Below, in pieces: positions 47,456 through 60,658 of a DNA stretch of 64,000 nucleotides (its first letter is position 1; every line of letters starts with the position of its first letter). The notes under the pieces are model-generated. The model made no database searches. It saw only the letters and a list, made by a program, of their open reading frames with translations, and was not told the origin of the DNA. Where the stretch lies: assembly GCF_003334815.1 (NCBI RefSeq), contig NZ_QOWO01000019.1; one strand, given 5' to 3'. Made by a program: the position numbers and the translations under genes. The DNA comes from Escherichia coli. Lineage in GTDB: Bacteria; Pseudomonadota; Gammaproteobacteria; Enterobacterales; Enterobacteriaceae.

Positions 47456-47471
47456 TGGCATAAGACCTGCA
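47456..47471 (+). promoter_or_regulatory. Candidate sigma-54 (-24/-12) promoter of argT
   Basis: TGGCAT-AAGAC-CTGCA matches TGGCAC-N5-TTGCA at the GG and GC dinucleotides with correct spacing; about 70 bp upstream of argT start. Confidence 0.5.
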
Positions 47472-47539
47472 TGAAAGAGCCTGCAAACACACAACACAAT
47501 ACACAACATAAAAAAGCCATTTTCACTTGAGGGTTATGT

Positions 47540-48322
47540 ATGAAGAAGTCGATTCTCGCTCTGTCTTTGTTAGTCGGTCTCTCCACAGCGGCTTCCAGCT
47601 ATGCGGCGCTACCGGAGACGGTACGTATCGGAACCGATACCACCTACGCACCGTTCTCATCGAAAGATGCTAAAGGTGATTTTGTTGGCTTTGATATCGA
47701 TCTCGGTAACGAGATGTGCAAACGGATGCAGGTGAAATGTACCTGGGTTGCCAGTGACTTTGACGCGCTGATCCCCTCACTGAAAGCGAAAAAAATCGAC
47801 GCTATTATTTCGTCGCTTTCCATTACCGATAAACGTCAGCAGGAGATTGCCTTCTCCGACAAGCTGTACGCCGCAGATTCTCGTTTGATTGCGGCCAAAG
47901 GTTCACCGATTCAGCCAACGCTGGATTCACTGAAAGGTAAACATGTTGGTGTGCTGCAGGGATCAACCCAGGAAGCTTACGCTAACGAGACCTGGCGTAG
48001 TAAAGGCGTGGATGTGGTGGCCTATGCCAACCAGGATTTGGTCTATTCCGATCTGGCTGCAGGACGTCTGGATGCTGCGTTACAAGATGAAGTTGCTGCC
48101 AGCGAAGGATTCCTCAAGCAACCTGCTGGTAAAGATTTCGCCTTTGCTGGCTCATCAGTAAAAGACAAAAAATACTTCGGTGATGGCACCGGTGTAGGGC
48201 TACGTAAAGATGATGCTGAACTGACGGCTGCCTTCAATAAGGCGCTTGGCGAGCTGCGTCAGGACGGCACCTACGACAAGATGGCGAAAAAGTATTTCGA
48301 CTTTAATGTCTACGGTGACTGA
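47540..48322 (+). CDS. argT: Lysine/arginine/ornithine periplasmic binding protein
   Basis: 260-aa ORF with signal peptide, about 70 percent identical to the adjacent HisJ paralogue. Confidence 0.93.
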   Translation: MKKSILALSLLVGLSTAASSYAALPETVRIGTDTTYAPFSSKDAKGDFVGFDIDLGNEMCKRMQVKCTWVASDFDALIPSLKAKKIDAIISSLSITDKRQQEIAFSDKLYAADSRLIAAKGSPIQPTLDSLKGKHVGVLQGSTQEAYANETWRSKGVDVVAYANQDLVYSDLAAGRLDAALQDEVAASEGFLKQPAGKDFAFAGSSVKDKKYFGDGTGVGLRKDDAELTAAFNKALGELRQDGTYDKMAKKYFDFNVYGD

Positions 48323-48542
48323 TACGTCGCTGGGAAGCTGTACCTGATGGAATGATCATCATGGTGCACGCCAGGTTTGTTGCACTATCGTGGTGCATTG
48401 AAATGCATACTTAAGCATTTTTAATGAAAAATAATACGTCTAACGGGGCGGGATATTTTGCCTTGATGGTCAATTTTATGGCACGATAAGTGTAACAAAC
48501 CTGTAAATATTCCCTATAAAAAGACTGTCAGTTGAGGACATT

Positions 48543-49325
48543 ATGAAAAAACTGGTGCTATCGCTCTCTCTGGTTCTGGCCTTCTCCAGCGCAACTGCGG
48601 CGTTTGCTGCGATTCCGCAAAACATCCGCATCGGTACCGACCCGACCTATGCGCCATTTGAATCAAAAAATTCACAAGGCGAACTGGTTGGCTTCGATAT
48701 CGATCTGGCAAAGGAATTATGCAAACGCATCAATACGCAATGTACGTTTGTCGAAAATCCGCTGGATGCGTTAATCCCGTCCTTAAAAGCGAAGAAGATT
48801 GACGCCATCATGTCATCGCTTTCCATTACGGAAAAACGTCAGCAAGAAATAGCCTTCACCGACAAACTGTACGCTGCCGATTCTCGTTTGGTGGTGGCGA
48901 AAAATTCTGACATTCAGCCGACAGTCGAGTCGCTGAAAGGCAAACGGGTAGGCGTATTGCAGGGCACCACCCAGGAGACGTTCGGTAATGAACATTGGGC
49001 ACCAAAAGGCATTGAAATCGTCTCGTATCAGGGGCAGGACAACATTTATTCTGACCTGACTGCCGGACGTATTGATGCCGCGTTCCAGGATGAGGTCGCT
49101 GCCAGCGAAGGTTTCCTCAAACAACCTGTCGGTAAAGATTACAAATTCGGTGGCCCGTCTGTTAAAGATGAAAAACTGTTTGGCGTAGGGACCGGCATGG
49201 GCCTGCGTAAAGAAGATAACGAACTGCGCGAAGCACTGAACAAAGCCTTTGCCGAAATGCGCGCTGACGGTACTTACGAGAAATTAGCGAAAAAGTACTT
49301 CGATTTTGATGTTTATGGTGGCTAA
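48543..49325 (+). CDS. hisJ: Histidine periplasmic binding protein
   Basis: 260-aa ORF with signal peptide [22 protein letters not shown]; first gene of hisJQMP. Confidence 0.93.
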   Translation: MKKLVLSLSLVLAFSSATAAFAAIPQNIRIGTDPTYAPFESKNSQGELVGFDIDLAKELCKRINTQCTFVENPLDALIPSLKAKKIDAIMSSLSITEKRQQEIAFTDKLYAADSRLVVAKNSDIQPTVESLKGKRVGVLQGTTQETFGNEHWAPKGIEIVSYQGQDNIYSDLTAGRIDAAFQDEVAASEGFLKQPVGKDYKFGGPSVKDEKLFGVGTGMGLRKEDNELREALNKAFAEMRADGTYEKLAKKYFDFDVYGG

Positions 49326-49414
49326 TCGCCATCGGTGAAAGAAAGCCCGCTCCCTTCGGGTAACCGGAGGGAGACAAGAGGCGGTAATTCACCACACACG
49401 ACAGGACAGGCAGC

Positions 49415-50101
49415 ATGTTGTATGGGTTTTCAGGTGTTATTTTACAGGGTGCGCTCGTCACGCTGGAGCTGGCTATCAGCTCTGTAGTGCTCGCTGTAAT
49501 CATCGGTTTAATTGGCGCTGGCGGTAAGCTCTCGCAAAATCGGCTTTCGGGGCTGATTTTCGAAGGGTACACCACGCTGATTCGTGGCGTGCCGGACTTA
49601 GTGTTGATGCTGCTGATTTTCTACGGTTTGCAGATTGCGCTAAACACGGTGACGGAGGCGATGGGCGTCGGGCAGATTGATATCGATCCGATGGTCGCTG
49701 GTATTATCACTCTCGGTTTTATCTACGGTGCTTATTTTACCGAAACGTTCCGTGGTGCTTTTATGGCAGTGCCGAAAGGACATATAGAGGCGGCGACGGC
49801 GTTCGGTTTTACTCGTGGGCAAGTGTTTCGGCGGATCATGTTTCCGTCGATGATGCGTTACGCCCTGCCAGGCATTGGCAACAACTGGCAGGTGATCCTC
49901 AAATCTACCGCACTGGTTTCGTTACTCGGCCTGGAAGATGTGGTCAAAGCCACCCAACTGGCAGGCAAAAGTACCTGGGAACCGTTCTATTTCGCCATCG
50001 TCTGTGGCGTGATTTACCTGGTTTTCACCACTGTTTCCAATGGTGTGCTGCTGTTCCTTGAGCGCCGCTACTCCGTGGGTGTGAAGAGGGCTGACCTGTG
50101 A
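49415..50101 (+). CDS. hisQ: Histidine/lysine/arginine/ornithine ABC transporter permease HisQ
   Basis: 228-aa ABC permease with EAA-like loop (EAATAFGFTRGQVFRRIMFP). Confidence 0.93.
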   Translation: MLYGFSGVILQGALVTLELAISSVVLAVIIGLIGAGGKLSQNRLSGLIFEGYTTLIRGVPDLVLMLLIFYGLQIALNTVTEAMGVGQIDIDPMVAGIITLGFIYGAYFTETFRGAFMAVPKGHIEAATAFGFTRGQVFRRIMFPSMMRYALPGIGNNWQVILKSTALVSLLGLEDVVKATQLAGKSTWEPFYFAIVCGVIYLVFTTVSNGVLLFLERRYSVGVKRADL

Positions 50102-50814
50102 TCGAAATCTTACATGAATACTGGAAACCGCTGCTGTGGACCGACGGTTATCGCTTTACTGGTGTGGCGATCACTCTGTGGCTGCTTATTTTGTCGGTAG
50201 TGATAGGCGGAGTCCTGGCGCTGTTTCTGGCGATTGGTCGTGTCTCCAGTAATAAATACATCCAGTTTCCAATCTGGTTATTTACCTATATTTTTCGCGG
50301 TACGCCGCTGTATGTTCAGTTGCTGGTGTTCTATTCCGGCATGTACACGCTTGAGATTGTTAAGGGAACCGAATTCCTTAACGCTTTCTTCCGCAGTGGC
50401 CTGAACTGTACCGTGCTGGCGCTGACGCTTAACACCTGCGCTTACACTACCGAGATTTTTGCTGGGGCAATCCGTTCGGTTCCGCATGGGGAAATTGAAG
50501 CCGCCAGAGCCTATGGCTTCTCGACTTTTAAAATGTATCGCTGCATTATTTTGCCTTCTGCGCTGCGTATTGCGTTACCGGCATACAGCAACGAAGTGAT
50601 CCTGATGCTGCACTCTACTGCGTTGGCATTTACTGCCACGGTGCCGGATCTGCTGAAAATAGCCCGCGATATTAACGCCGCCACGTATCAACCTTTTACC
50701 GCCTTCGGCATTGCCGCGGTGCTCTATTTAATCATCTCTTATGTCCTGATCAGCCTCTTTCGCAGAGCGGAAAAACGCTGGTTGCAGCATGTGAAACCTT
50801 CTTCAACGCACTGA
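50098..50814 (+). CDS. hisM: ABC transporter permease HisM
   Basis: 238-aa permease with EAA loop ([20 protein letters not shown]); 4-nt overlap with hisQ. Confidence 0.93.
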   Translation: MIEILHEYWKPLLWTDGYRFTGVAITLWLLILSVVIGGVLALFLAIGRVSSNKYIQFPIWLFTYIFRGTPLYVQLLVFYSGMYTLEIVKGTEFLNAFFRSGLNCTVLALTLNTCAYTTEIFAGAIRSVPHGEIEAARAYGFSTFKMYRCIILPSALRIALPAYSNEVILMLHSTALAFTATVPDLLKIARDINAATYQPFTAFGIAAVLYLIISYVLISLFRRAEKRWLQHVKPSSTH

Positions 50815-50821
50815 GAATACG

Positions 50822-51595
50822 ATGTCCGAGAATAAATTAAACGTTATCGATTTGCACAAACGCTACGGCGAACATGAAGTGCTGAAAGGGGTATCACTGC
50901 AAGCGAATGCCGGAGATGTAATAAGCATCATCGGATCGTCGGGATCGGGGAAAAGTACCTTTCTGCGCTGCATTAACTTCCTCGAAAAACCGAGTGAAGG
51001 GTCGATCGTGGTCAATGGCCAGACGATCAATCTGGTGCGCGACAAAGACGGTCAACTCAAAGTCGCCGATAAAAATCAACTGCGCTTACTGCGCACACGC
51101 CTGACGATGGTATTCCAGCACTTCAATCTCTGGAGCCATATGACGGTGCTGGAAAACGTCATGGAAGCGCCGATTCAGGTGTTGGGCCTGAGCAAGCAGG
51201 AAGCGCGCGAGCGGGCGGTGAAGTATCTGGCAAAAGTCGGGATAGACGAACGTGCGCAGGGGAAATATCCGGTGCATCTTTCCGGCGGTCAGCAACAGCG
51301 TGTTTCTATCGCGCGGGCGCTGGCGATGGAACCGGAAGTTTTACTGTTTGATGAACCTACCTCGGCGCTCGATCCTGAACTGGTAGGCGAAGTGTTGCGT
51401 ATTATGCAGCAACTGGCAGAAGAGGGGAAAACCATGGTGGTAGTGACTCACGAAATGGGCTTTGCTCGCCATGTTTCTACTCATGTCATTTTCCTCCATC
51501 AGGGGAAAATAGAAGAAGAGGGCGCGCCGGAGCAGTTATTTGGCAACCCGCAAAGCCCTCGTCTGCAACGGTTCCTTAAGGGATCGCTGAAATAA
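50822..51595 (+). CDS. hisP: ABC transporter ATP-binding protein HisP
   Basis: 257-aa ORF with Walker [10 protein letters not shown], signature LSGGQQQR, Walker [12 protein letters not shown]. Confidence 0.95.
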
Positions 51596-51791
51596 TTTCC
51601 TCTCCGGTGGCTAACGCTGCCGGAGTATTTTCATGGGGAATTTGCGAGTCAGCTTCCGCTGAAATGTAAAAGTTACAGTCCGCTAAAAATACTTCTGAAT
51701 TCGCTGTCCAAAGATAAAAACTGCCTGCTGCATTGGGTGTTAATCGTGGTTATTGTCGCGTCATCTTAAATTTGAGGGGTGACGGAACGCC

Positions 51792-52682
51792 ATGACAATA
51801 TCGACAACTTCCACGCCGCATGATGCGGTATTTAAATCTTTTTTACGCCATCCAGACACCGCGCGGGATTTTATTGATATTCATCTTCCCGCGCCGCTGC
51901 GCAAACTGTGTGATTTAACGACGCTTAAACTGGAACCAAACAGTTTTATTGATGAAGACCTGCGGCAATATTATTCCGACCTCTTGTGGTCTGTGAAAAC
52001 GCAGGAGGGAGTGGGTTATATTTATGTAGTGATAGAGCACCAAAGTAAGCCGGAAGAATTAATGGCTTTTCGCATGATGCGTTATTCCATTGCGGCAATG
52101 CAAAACCATCTTGATGCGGGCTATAAAGAGCTTCCATTGGTGCTCCCGATGCTGTTTTATCATGGTTGCAGAAGTCCTTATCCTTATTCACTCTGCTGGC
52201 TTGATGAATTTGCCGAGCCTGCTATAGCCCGCAAAATATATTCATCGGCTTTTCCGTTGGTGGATATTACCGTGGTGCCGGATGACGAGATTATGCAACA
52301 CCGCAAAATGGCGCTGTTGGAGTTAATTCAGAAACATATTCGTCAGCGCGATCTGTTGGGATTAGTCGACCAAATTGTTTCGCTGCTAGTTACAGGGAAC
52401 ACTAATGACAGACAGCTAAAAGCCCTGTTTAATTACGTATTACAAACAGGGGATGCCCAGCGTTTTCGTGCATTTATTGGTGAGATAGCGGAACGCGCAC
52501 CACAAGAAAAGGAGAAACTGATGACCATTGCTGACAGATTACGTGAAGAAGGCGCAATGCAGGGCAAACACGAAGAAGCCCTGCGTATTGCTCAGGAGAT
52601 GCTGGATAGAGGTTTAGACAGAGAGTTAGTTATGATGGTGACCCGACTTTCACCAGACGATCTTATCGCGCAAAGCCACTAA
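51792..52682 (+). CDS. rpnB: Rpn family recombination-promoting nuclease RpnB (YfcI), transposase_31-like
   Basis: 296-aa [36 protein letters not shown]...YSDLLW...VIEHQS, the conserved N-terminus of the Rpn/YhgA-like family. Confidence 0.88.
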
Positions 52683-52729
52683 TCCTGTAACACCGGGAGT
52701 TAACTGGCGGATGTTTGCTGTAAACCACA

Positions 52730-53623
52730 TCAGCGAACGACATCCGCCAGCGCCTCTTCTAAATCGTACCAGCGAAACGCAAAACCCGCTTCTTCCAGCC
52801 GTTTAGGCAGCGCGCGTTGTCCACCTAATACCAGTACTGAAGATTCGCCCATTAACAGTCGAATGGCGGTCGCGGGGACGCGCAAAATGGCCGGGCGATG
52901 CAGCGCATGACCGAGCGCATGGGCAAATTGTTCATTGCGTACCGGGTAGGGCGAAACCATATTAAATGGCCCGCGCAGCTCGTTATCCAGCAGCCAGAGA
53001 ATACCGTTGACCATATCATCAATATGAATCCAGGCCAGATACTGCCGACCAGAGCCAATCGGCCCGCCCAGGCCAAGACGAAACGGCGGCAGCATTTTAC
53101 CGAGAATACCGCCATCCGGTGCCAGCACTACACCGGTACGCAGCAGGCACACTCGCGTTTTGTCACTTTGCGCCCGGCAGGCAATTTCTTCCCAGCGAGC
53201 GCAGAGTTTATGGGTAAATTCGTTATGCGGCGGTTCCTCTTCGGTAACCACCACTTCACCTAAGTCACCATAATAGCCCGTTGCCGAGCCGGAAATGAGT
53301 ACCGACGGTGGCGTGTCGCTGGCATTAATCAAATCGACCAGTTTTTGCGTGATATTCCAGCGGCTTTGGCAGAGACGCTCTTTTTGCTCGTGAGTCCAGC
53401 GTTTATCAGCAATCGGTTCTCCGGCCAGGTTGATTACCGCATCAACGCCGTTGAGGTTGCTTTGATCGGCAAGCCCTTGCCATAGTGTCACCCGAGGGCC
53501 GAGAACGGAACTGGCTTTCTGCGGGTTACGCGTCACTACCGTAATTTGATGGCCCAGCTCCAGCAAACGCGGAATCAAATGGCGACCAATTAATCCTGTC
53601 CCTCCGGTGATCACTATGTTCAT
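52730..53623 (-). CDS. yfcH: Epimerase-family protein YfcH (NAD-dependent, SDR fold with DUF1731)
   Basis: 297-aa ORF starting [16 protein letters not shown] (Rossmann GxxGxxG). Confidence 0.88.
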
Positions 53624-53643
53624 GCAGCCTCCCGATATGGCGA

Positions 53644-54006
53644 TTAACGCTGCCAGCTTAAGGTCATGGATACCGAATCGGCGTAGCGCAGCGCGTGCAG
53701 TTTATCGATCTCCACTTCAGCATACGTCACCCAGTGATGTTCACGTGCGATATCGAGCACATCCTGAGTTAATTTTTCCAGCAAAGAGAAACGGTTATTC
53801 TCTACATGCTGAATAATGTTTTTCGTTACGGTGCGATAATTCAGCGCATCGTTGATATCTTCGCTAGTGCGCGCTTTATCGGCGGGGTAGTGGATCGTCA
53901 CATTGATAACAATATCCTGACGGTTGTTAATTTCTTCTTCCTTAATTCCGATAAACGTACGCAAACGAAGGTTCTTTATACGAATAATAGCGGCAGGTTG
54001 TGCCAT
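53644..54006 (-). CDS. folX: Dihydroneopterin triphosphate 2-prime-epimerase
   Basis: 120-aa [33 protein letters not shown]..., FolB/FolX fold. Confidence 0.92.
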
Positions 54007-54062
54007 TGCAGGTTCTCCGTTGTTTTACTTAGGATGAAATAATACACGAGAACCTGTTTCTG

Positions 54063-55539
<1,477 letters not shown>

Positions 55540-55542
55540 TGA

Positions 55543-56097
55543 GTGATGAAACTGATGTTTGCATCGGACATTCATGGGTCGTTACCGGCGACGGAACGTG
55601 TTCTGGAGTTGTTTGCCCAAAGCGGTGCCCAGTGGCTGGTGATCCTTGGCGACGTGTTGAATCACGGCCCGCGTAATGCTTTACCGGAGGGTTACGCGCC
55701 AGCCAAAGTCGCTGAACGGCTTAATGAAGTGGCACATAAGGTTATCGCTGTGCGCGGCAACTGCGACAGCGAAGTGGATCAAATGCTGCTGCATTTCCCG
55801 ATAACCGCGCCGTGGCAACAGGTATTACTGGAAAAACAACGTCTGTTTTTGACGCATGGTCATCTTTTTGGCCCGGAAAATCTGCCTGCTTTAAACCAGA
55901 ACGATGTGCTGGTGTACGGTCATACCCATCTGCCAGTGGCAGAACAGCGGGGGGAGATTTTCCACTTCAACCCCGGCTCGGTGAGTATTCCGAAAGGCGG
56001 TAATCCGGCGAGTTATGGCATGCTGGATAATGACGTACTTAGTGTAATCGCACTCAATGATCAAAGTATCATTGCGCAGGTCGCGATTAATCCGTAA
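55543..56097 (+). CDS. yfcE: Mn-dependent phosphodiesterase YfcE (calcineurin-like)
   Basis: 184-aa ORF with metallophosphatase motifs (DIHG, GDVLNHG, GNCD, GHTH). Confidence 0.9.
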   Translation: MMKLMFASDIHGSLPATERVLELFAQSGAQWLVILGDVLNHGPRNALPEGYAPAKVAERLNEVAHKVIAVRGNCDSEVDQMLLHFPITAPWQQVLLEKQRLFLTHGHLFGPENLPALNQNDVLVYGHTHLPVAEQRGEIFHFNPGSVSIPKGGNPASYGMLDNDVLSVIALNDQSIIAQVAINP

Positions 56098-56154
56098 TTT
56101 ACCCACAACTCAAAATGCGCCGTAAGAGCGCCAGAAAAAGAAGGTTTCCTGATA

Positions 56155-56697
56155 ATGGAACAGCGTCGTTTGGCAAGTACTGAATGGGTGGATATTGTCA
56201 ATGAAGAGAACGAAGTCATTGCACAAGCCAGCCGGGAACAAATGCGGGCACAGTGTCTGCGTCATCGTGCAACTTACATCGTCGTGCATGATGGCATGGG
56301 CAAAATTCTGGTCCAGCGTCGTACCGAGACAAAAGACTTTTTACCCGGCATGTTAGATGCGACCGCAGGCGGTGTAGTCCAGGCCGATGAGCAACTGCTG
56401 GAATCCGCGCGTCGCGAAGCGGAAGAAGAGTTGGGCATTGCCGGTGTCCCCTTTGCCGAGCACGGGCAGTTCTATTTCGAAGATAAAAATTGCCGTGTCT
56501 GGGGCGCATTGTTCAGCTGCGTCTCTCACGGTCCCTTCGCACTACAGGAAGATGAAGTCAGTGAAGTTTGCTGGCTGACGCCGGAAGAAATCACCGCACG
56601 CTGCGATGAGTTCACTCCAGACTCGCTGAAAGCGCTAGCGTTGTGGATGAAGCGCAATGCCAAAAATGAAGCCGTAGAGACTGAAACGGCAGAATGA
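56155..56697 (+). CDS. yfcD: Nudix hydrolase YfcD
   Basis: 180-aa ORF with Nudix box region ([24 protein letters not shown]). Confidence 0.88.
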
Positions 56698-56729
56698 AAA
56701 AAGAGCCGCAATTGCGGCTCTTAACATTT

Positions 56730-58250
56730 TTAGTGGTAGCCCATCAACTGAGCGCCGATCACTACGACGCTGGACATAATAAACAGCAGTCCAAGTAGGG
56801 TCGCGCCCACCTTCAGCCAGTTACGGAAGTCCACCCTGCACACACCGAGCGTTGCCATTAACGACGCTGAGGTTGGGTAAATGATGTGACTGAAGCCATC
56901 ACCAAACTGGAACGCCAGCACGGTAACCTGACGGTTAACACCGACCAGATCGCCAAGCGGTGCCAGTAACGGCATGGTTAACGCCGCCTGACCAGAACCG
57001 GACGTCACGAAGAAATTAAATACCGCCTGGAAGAGCAACATAAACCAGGCCGCGACCGCGTTGTCCAGACCGCTAATGGCATTGGCAATGCTGTTGAGGA
57101 TGGTATTTAACACGCTGGCATCACCCGCTTCACCATTACCGACCAGCAGCAAAATCCCTTTGGCGAAACCCACCAGCAGGGCAGGGGCGATCATCATTCG
57201 CGCCCCTTCGGTAAAGGATGAAGCCATGGTATTAACCGTCATGCCGTTAAGGCGGAAAACAACGCCGATGATGCCAATCACCAGACCCATGGTGAAGAAC
57301 TGGCTGGCAATTTCTGGAATAAACCAGGCATTAACGATCACGCCCCAAATCACCCAGACCATTACGGCGGTCAGGACAATCAATACCAGCCAGTCACCAA
57401 AGGTAAACGGACGTTGTTCAACATCAGCCTGCTTTTCACGAAAGAAGCGGTCGGACTCATGCACGCGTGACAGAAGAGGATTCTTTTTCACTCGTGAGGC
57501 GTACACCATGGTAAAGATCAGGCCAATCAGAGTGGCGATAACCCACACCACGATGCGCAACCCGGAGCCAGAAAGCACCGGAACGCCGGCAATCCCCTGA
57601 GCAACGACCACACAAAACGGGTTCATCCACGAACTGGCAAAACCGATTTGCGTGGCAATATAGGTCACCAGGACGGTGGTAATACTGTCATAGCCCAGCC
57701 GGACCATTAGCGGTGCGATGATAATGGCAAAGGCGACGGCCTCTTCTCCCATACCAAATACCGCGCCGCCAAGTGAAAACAGAATAAACAGCGCAGGAAT
57801 AAAGAGAATTTCATTCCCGCGGGTATGGCGAATAAGCGCCAGGATACCGTTATCAATGGTTCCTGTACGCATCACAATGCCAAACGCGCCGCCAATCACC
57901 AGCATAAACATGATGATGCCAACGGCTGTCCCGTATTTCGATCCTGAGGTTAATCCTTCAAACGGGAAGTTCATCAGGCCCGGGCGTTCATCGCCCGTCG
58001 TGAACAGCTGTACGCGGTGATACTCAGGTTCGCCTGCTTCGTTAGTCAGAATGCGAAATGAGTGTGGATCTACGACTTTGCGTGTTTTTGTTTGACCATC
58101 AACCTGATACTGCACTTCCTGACTGTCAAACATCCCCACCGGAACTACCCAGGTGGCAAGGCTGGTTAAAATAGCAACAAAAAAGATAATCACCAACGTA
58201 TCGGGCATTGCCCATCTTCTTGTTGGTTTGGATTCAGTGATTGCGGACAT
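56730..58250 (-). CDS. yfcC: Inner membrane transporter YfcC (C4-dicarboxylate anaerobic carrier-like)
   Basis: 506 aa from ATG 58250 (MSAITESKPTRRWAMPDTLVIIFF...); ORF track starts 7 codons earlier at 58271. Confidence 0.88.
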   Translation of the reverse strand: MSAITESKPTRRWAMPDTLVIIFFVAILTSLATWVVPVGMFDSQEVQYQVDGQTKTRKVVDPHSFRILTNEAGEPEYHRVQLFTTGDERPGLMNFPFEGLTSGSKYGTAVGIIMFMLVIGGAFGIVMRTGTIDNGILALIRHTRGNEILFIPALFILFSLGGAVFGMGEEAVAFAIIIAPLMVRLGYDSITTVLVTYIATQIGFASSWMNPFCVVVAQGIAGVPVLSGSGLRIVVWVIATLIGLIFTMVYASRVKKNPLLSRVHESDRFFREKQADVEQRPFTFGDWLVLIVLTAVMVWVIWGVIVNAWFIPEIASQFFTMGLVIGIIGVVFRLNGMTVNTMASSFTEGARMMIAPALLVGFAKGILLLVGNGEAGDASVLNTILNSIANAISGLDNAVAAWFMLLFQAVFNFFVTSGSGQAALTMPLLAPLGDLVGVNRQVTVLAFQFGDGFSHIIYPTSASLMATLGVCRVDFRNWLKVGATLLGLLFIMSSVVVIGAQLMGYH

Positions 58251-58370
58251 AGCGCAAATATTCCCTTGCACAAAACAAAGTGGTAAGTATGCAAAGTGGG
58301 ATGGCGCAATTCATTGATGCAGCGCAGTTAAGCAAGATAATCAGAAAGGATTAATGCAAATTAAGAGAAT

Positions 58371-58399
58371 AAAAAACCGGAAATAGTGATTATTTCCGG
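58371..58399 (-). terminator. Rho-independent terminator of the ackA-pta operon
   Basis: On the minus strand: stem CCGGAAATA/TATTTCCGG, 5-nt loop, then TTTTTT; a second hairpin ATCCGCAGC-gcaaa-GCTGCGGAT lies just upstream at 58408-58430. Confidence 0.65.
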
Positions 58400-58439
58400 T
58401 TCAGATATCCGCAGCGCAAAGCTGCGGATGATGACGAGA

Positions 58440-60584
58440 TTACTGCTGCTGTGCAGACTGAATCGCAGTCAGCGCGATGGTGTAGACGATATCGTCAACC
58501 AGTGCGCCACGGGACAGGTCGTTAACCGGCTTGCGCATACCCTGCAGCATCGGCCCGATGGAGATCAGGTCGGCAGAACGCTGTACCGCTTTGTAGGTGG
58601 TGTTACCGGTGTTCAGATCCGGGAAGATGAACACGGTAGCGCGACCTGCAACCGGAGAGTTCGGCGCTTTGGATTTCGCAACGTCAGCCATTACCGCAGC
58701 GTCGTACTGCAGCGGACCGTCGATCATCAGGTCAGGACGTTTTTCCTGCGCCAGACGAGTTGCTTCGCGAACTTTTTCTACGTCGCTACCTGCACCAGAA
58801 GTACCGGTGGAGTAGGAGAGCATAGCAACGCGCGGTTCGATACCGAAGGCCGCAGCGGAATCAGCGGACTGAATCGCGATTTCTGCCAGCTGTTCAGCGG
58901 TCGGATCCGGGTTGATCGCACAGTCACCGTAAACGTAAACCTGTTCCGGCAGCAGCATGAAGAACACGGAAGATACCAGGGAGCTGCCCGGTGCAGTTTT
59001 GATCAGCTGCAGCGGCGGACGGATGGTGTTTGCGGTAGTGTGAACAGCACCGGAAACCAGACCATCAACTTCATCCTGTTCCAGCATCAGCGTACCGAGC
59101 ACCACGTTGTCTTCCAGCTGTTCGCGGGCAACGGTTTCGGTCATGCCTTTGTTCTTACGCAGTTCGACCAGACGACCAACATAGCTTTCGCGAACCACTT
59201 CTGGATCAACGATTTCAATCCCTGCACCCAGTTCTACACCCTGAGACGCTGCAACACGGTTGATCTCTGCCGGATTACCCAGCAGTACGCAAGTTGCGAT
59301 ACCACGTTCAGCACAGATAGCGGCTGCTTTAACGGTACGCGGTTCGTCACCTTCCGGCAGTACGATACGTTTGCCCGCTTTGCGCGCAAGTTCAGTCAGC
59401 TGATAACGGAACGCAGGCGGAGACAGACGACGGCTGCGCTCAGAAGTGGCAGTCAGAGATTCGATCCAGTCAGCGTTGATGTAGTTAGCAACGTATTCCT
59501 GAACTTTCTCGATACGTTCGTGATCGTCAACCGGAACTTCCAGGTTGAAGCTCTGCAGGCTCAGAGAGGTCTGCCAGGTGTTGGTGTTCACCATAAATAC
59601 CGGCAGGCCGGTAGCGAAAGCACGTTCGCACAGTTTAGAAATGCGCGCGTCCATTTCGTAACCGCCAGTCAGCAGCAGGGCACCGATTTCTACGCCGTTC
59701 ATGGCTGCCAGGCAAGCGGCCACCAGCACGTCAGGACGGTCTGCGGAAGTCACCAGCAGAGAACCGGCACGGAAGTGCTCCAGCATGTGCGGAATGCTGC
59801 GTGCGCAGAAAGTGACGGATTTAACGCGGCGAGTATTGATGTCGCCTTCGTTGATGATGGTCGCATTCAGGTGGCGAGCCATATCGATCGCACGAGTCGC
59901 GATCAGGTCAAAGCTCCACGGCACAGCGCCGAGAACCGGCAGCGGGCTGGATTCTTGCAGCTTCGCCGGATCAACATTGTTTACTTTAGCTTTGGAAGAG
60001 TCGTCGAAAATCTCGGACAGATCCGGGCGAGTACGACCCTGTTCATCAACCGGTGCGTTCAGTTTGTTAACGATAACGCCGGTGATGTTGGTGTTTTTGG
60101 CACCGCCGAAGCTGTTGCGGGTCAGTTCGATACGCTCTTTCAGCTGTTCCGGGGTGTCAGTGCCCTGAGACATAACGAAGACGATTTCCGCATTCAGCGT
60201 TTTAGCGATTTCGTAGTTCAGAGACTGGGCAAACTGGTGCTTACGTGTCGGGACCAGACCTTCAACCAGAACGACTTCAGCGTCTTTGGTGTTAGCGTGG
60301 TAGTTTGCGACGATCTCTTCCATCAGCACATCTTTCTGATTGCTGGAAAGCAGACCTTCAACGTAGCTCATTTTCAGCGGTTCAGCGGCCGTCGTGGTGG
60401 AAGAGTTCGCACGCACGATAGTCGTAGTCTGATCGGGCGCATCGCCACCGGTACGCGGCTGAGCGATAGGTTTGAAAACGCTCAGACGAACGCCTTTGCG
60501 TTCCATTGCACGGATCACGCCAAGGCTGACGCTGGTCAGACCGACGCTGGTTCCGGTAGGGATCAGCATAATAATACGGGACAC
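58440..60584 (-). CDS. pta: Phosphate acetyltransferase
   Basis: 714-aa [34 protein letters not shown]... (DRTGG N-terminal region plus C-terminal PTA catalytic domain). Confidence 0.95.
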
Positions 60585-60619
60585 GGTTTATCCTCTTTCG
60601 TTACCGCCGATTTGGCGGG

Positions 60620-60653
60620 TTACAAAACAGCACCGCCAGCTGAGCTGGCGGTG
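60620..60653 (-). terminator. Hairpin in ackA-pta intergenic region (candidate partial terminator)
   Basis: Stem CACCGCCAGC/GCTGGCGGTG followed on the minus strand by CTGTTTTGT. Confidence 0.45.
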
Positions 60654-60658
60654 TGAAA

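Noticed and set aside
48323-48542. Possible NtrC site (TGCACTATCGTGGTGCA) and sigma-54-like element (TGGCACGATAAGTGT) upstream of hisJ
   Set aside because: The -12 element is poor (GT instead of GC) and I cannot verify spacing to a transcription start, so it is not reported as a feature. It may still be a genuine NtrC site and could be tested by footprinting.
58386-60656. 756-aa ORF on the + strand opposite pta, with similar long antisense ORFs opposite ackA (60653-61693), fabB (33816-35051), purF (45579-46349), accD (41557-42222), pdxB (37578-38234) and the usher (21542-22294)
   Set aside because: They are exact antisense shadows of strongly supported genes, have low-complexity Arg/Ser/Ala-rich translations typical of reverse frames of high-GC codon-biased genes, and lack independent start context. 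Treated as frame artefacts.
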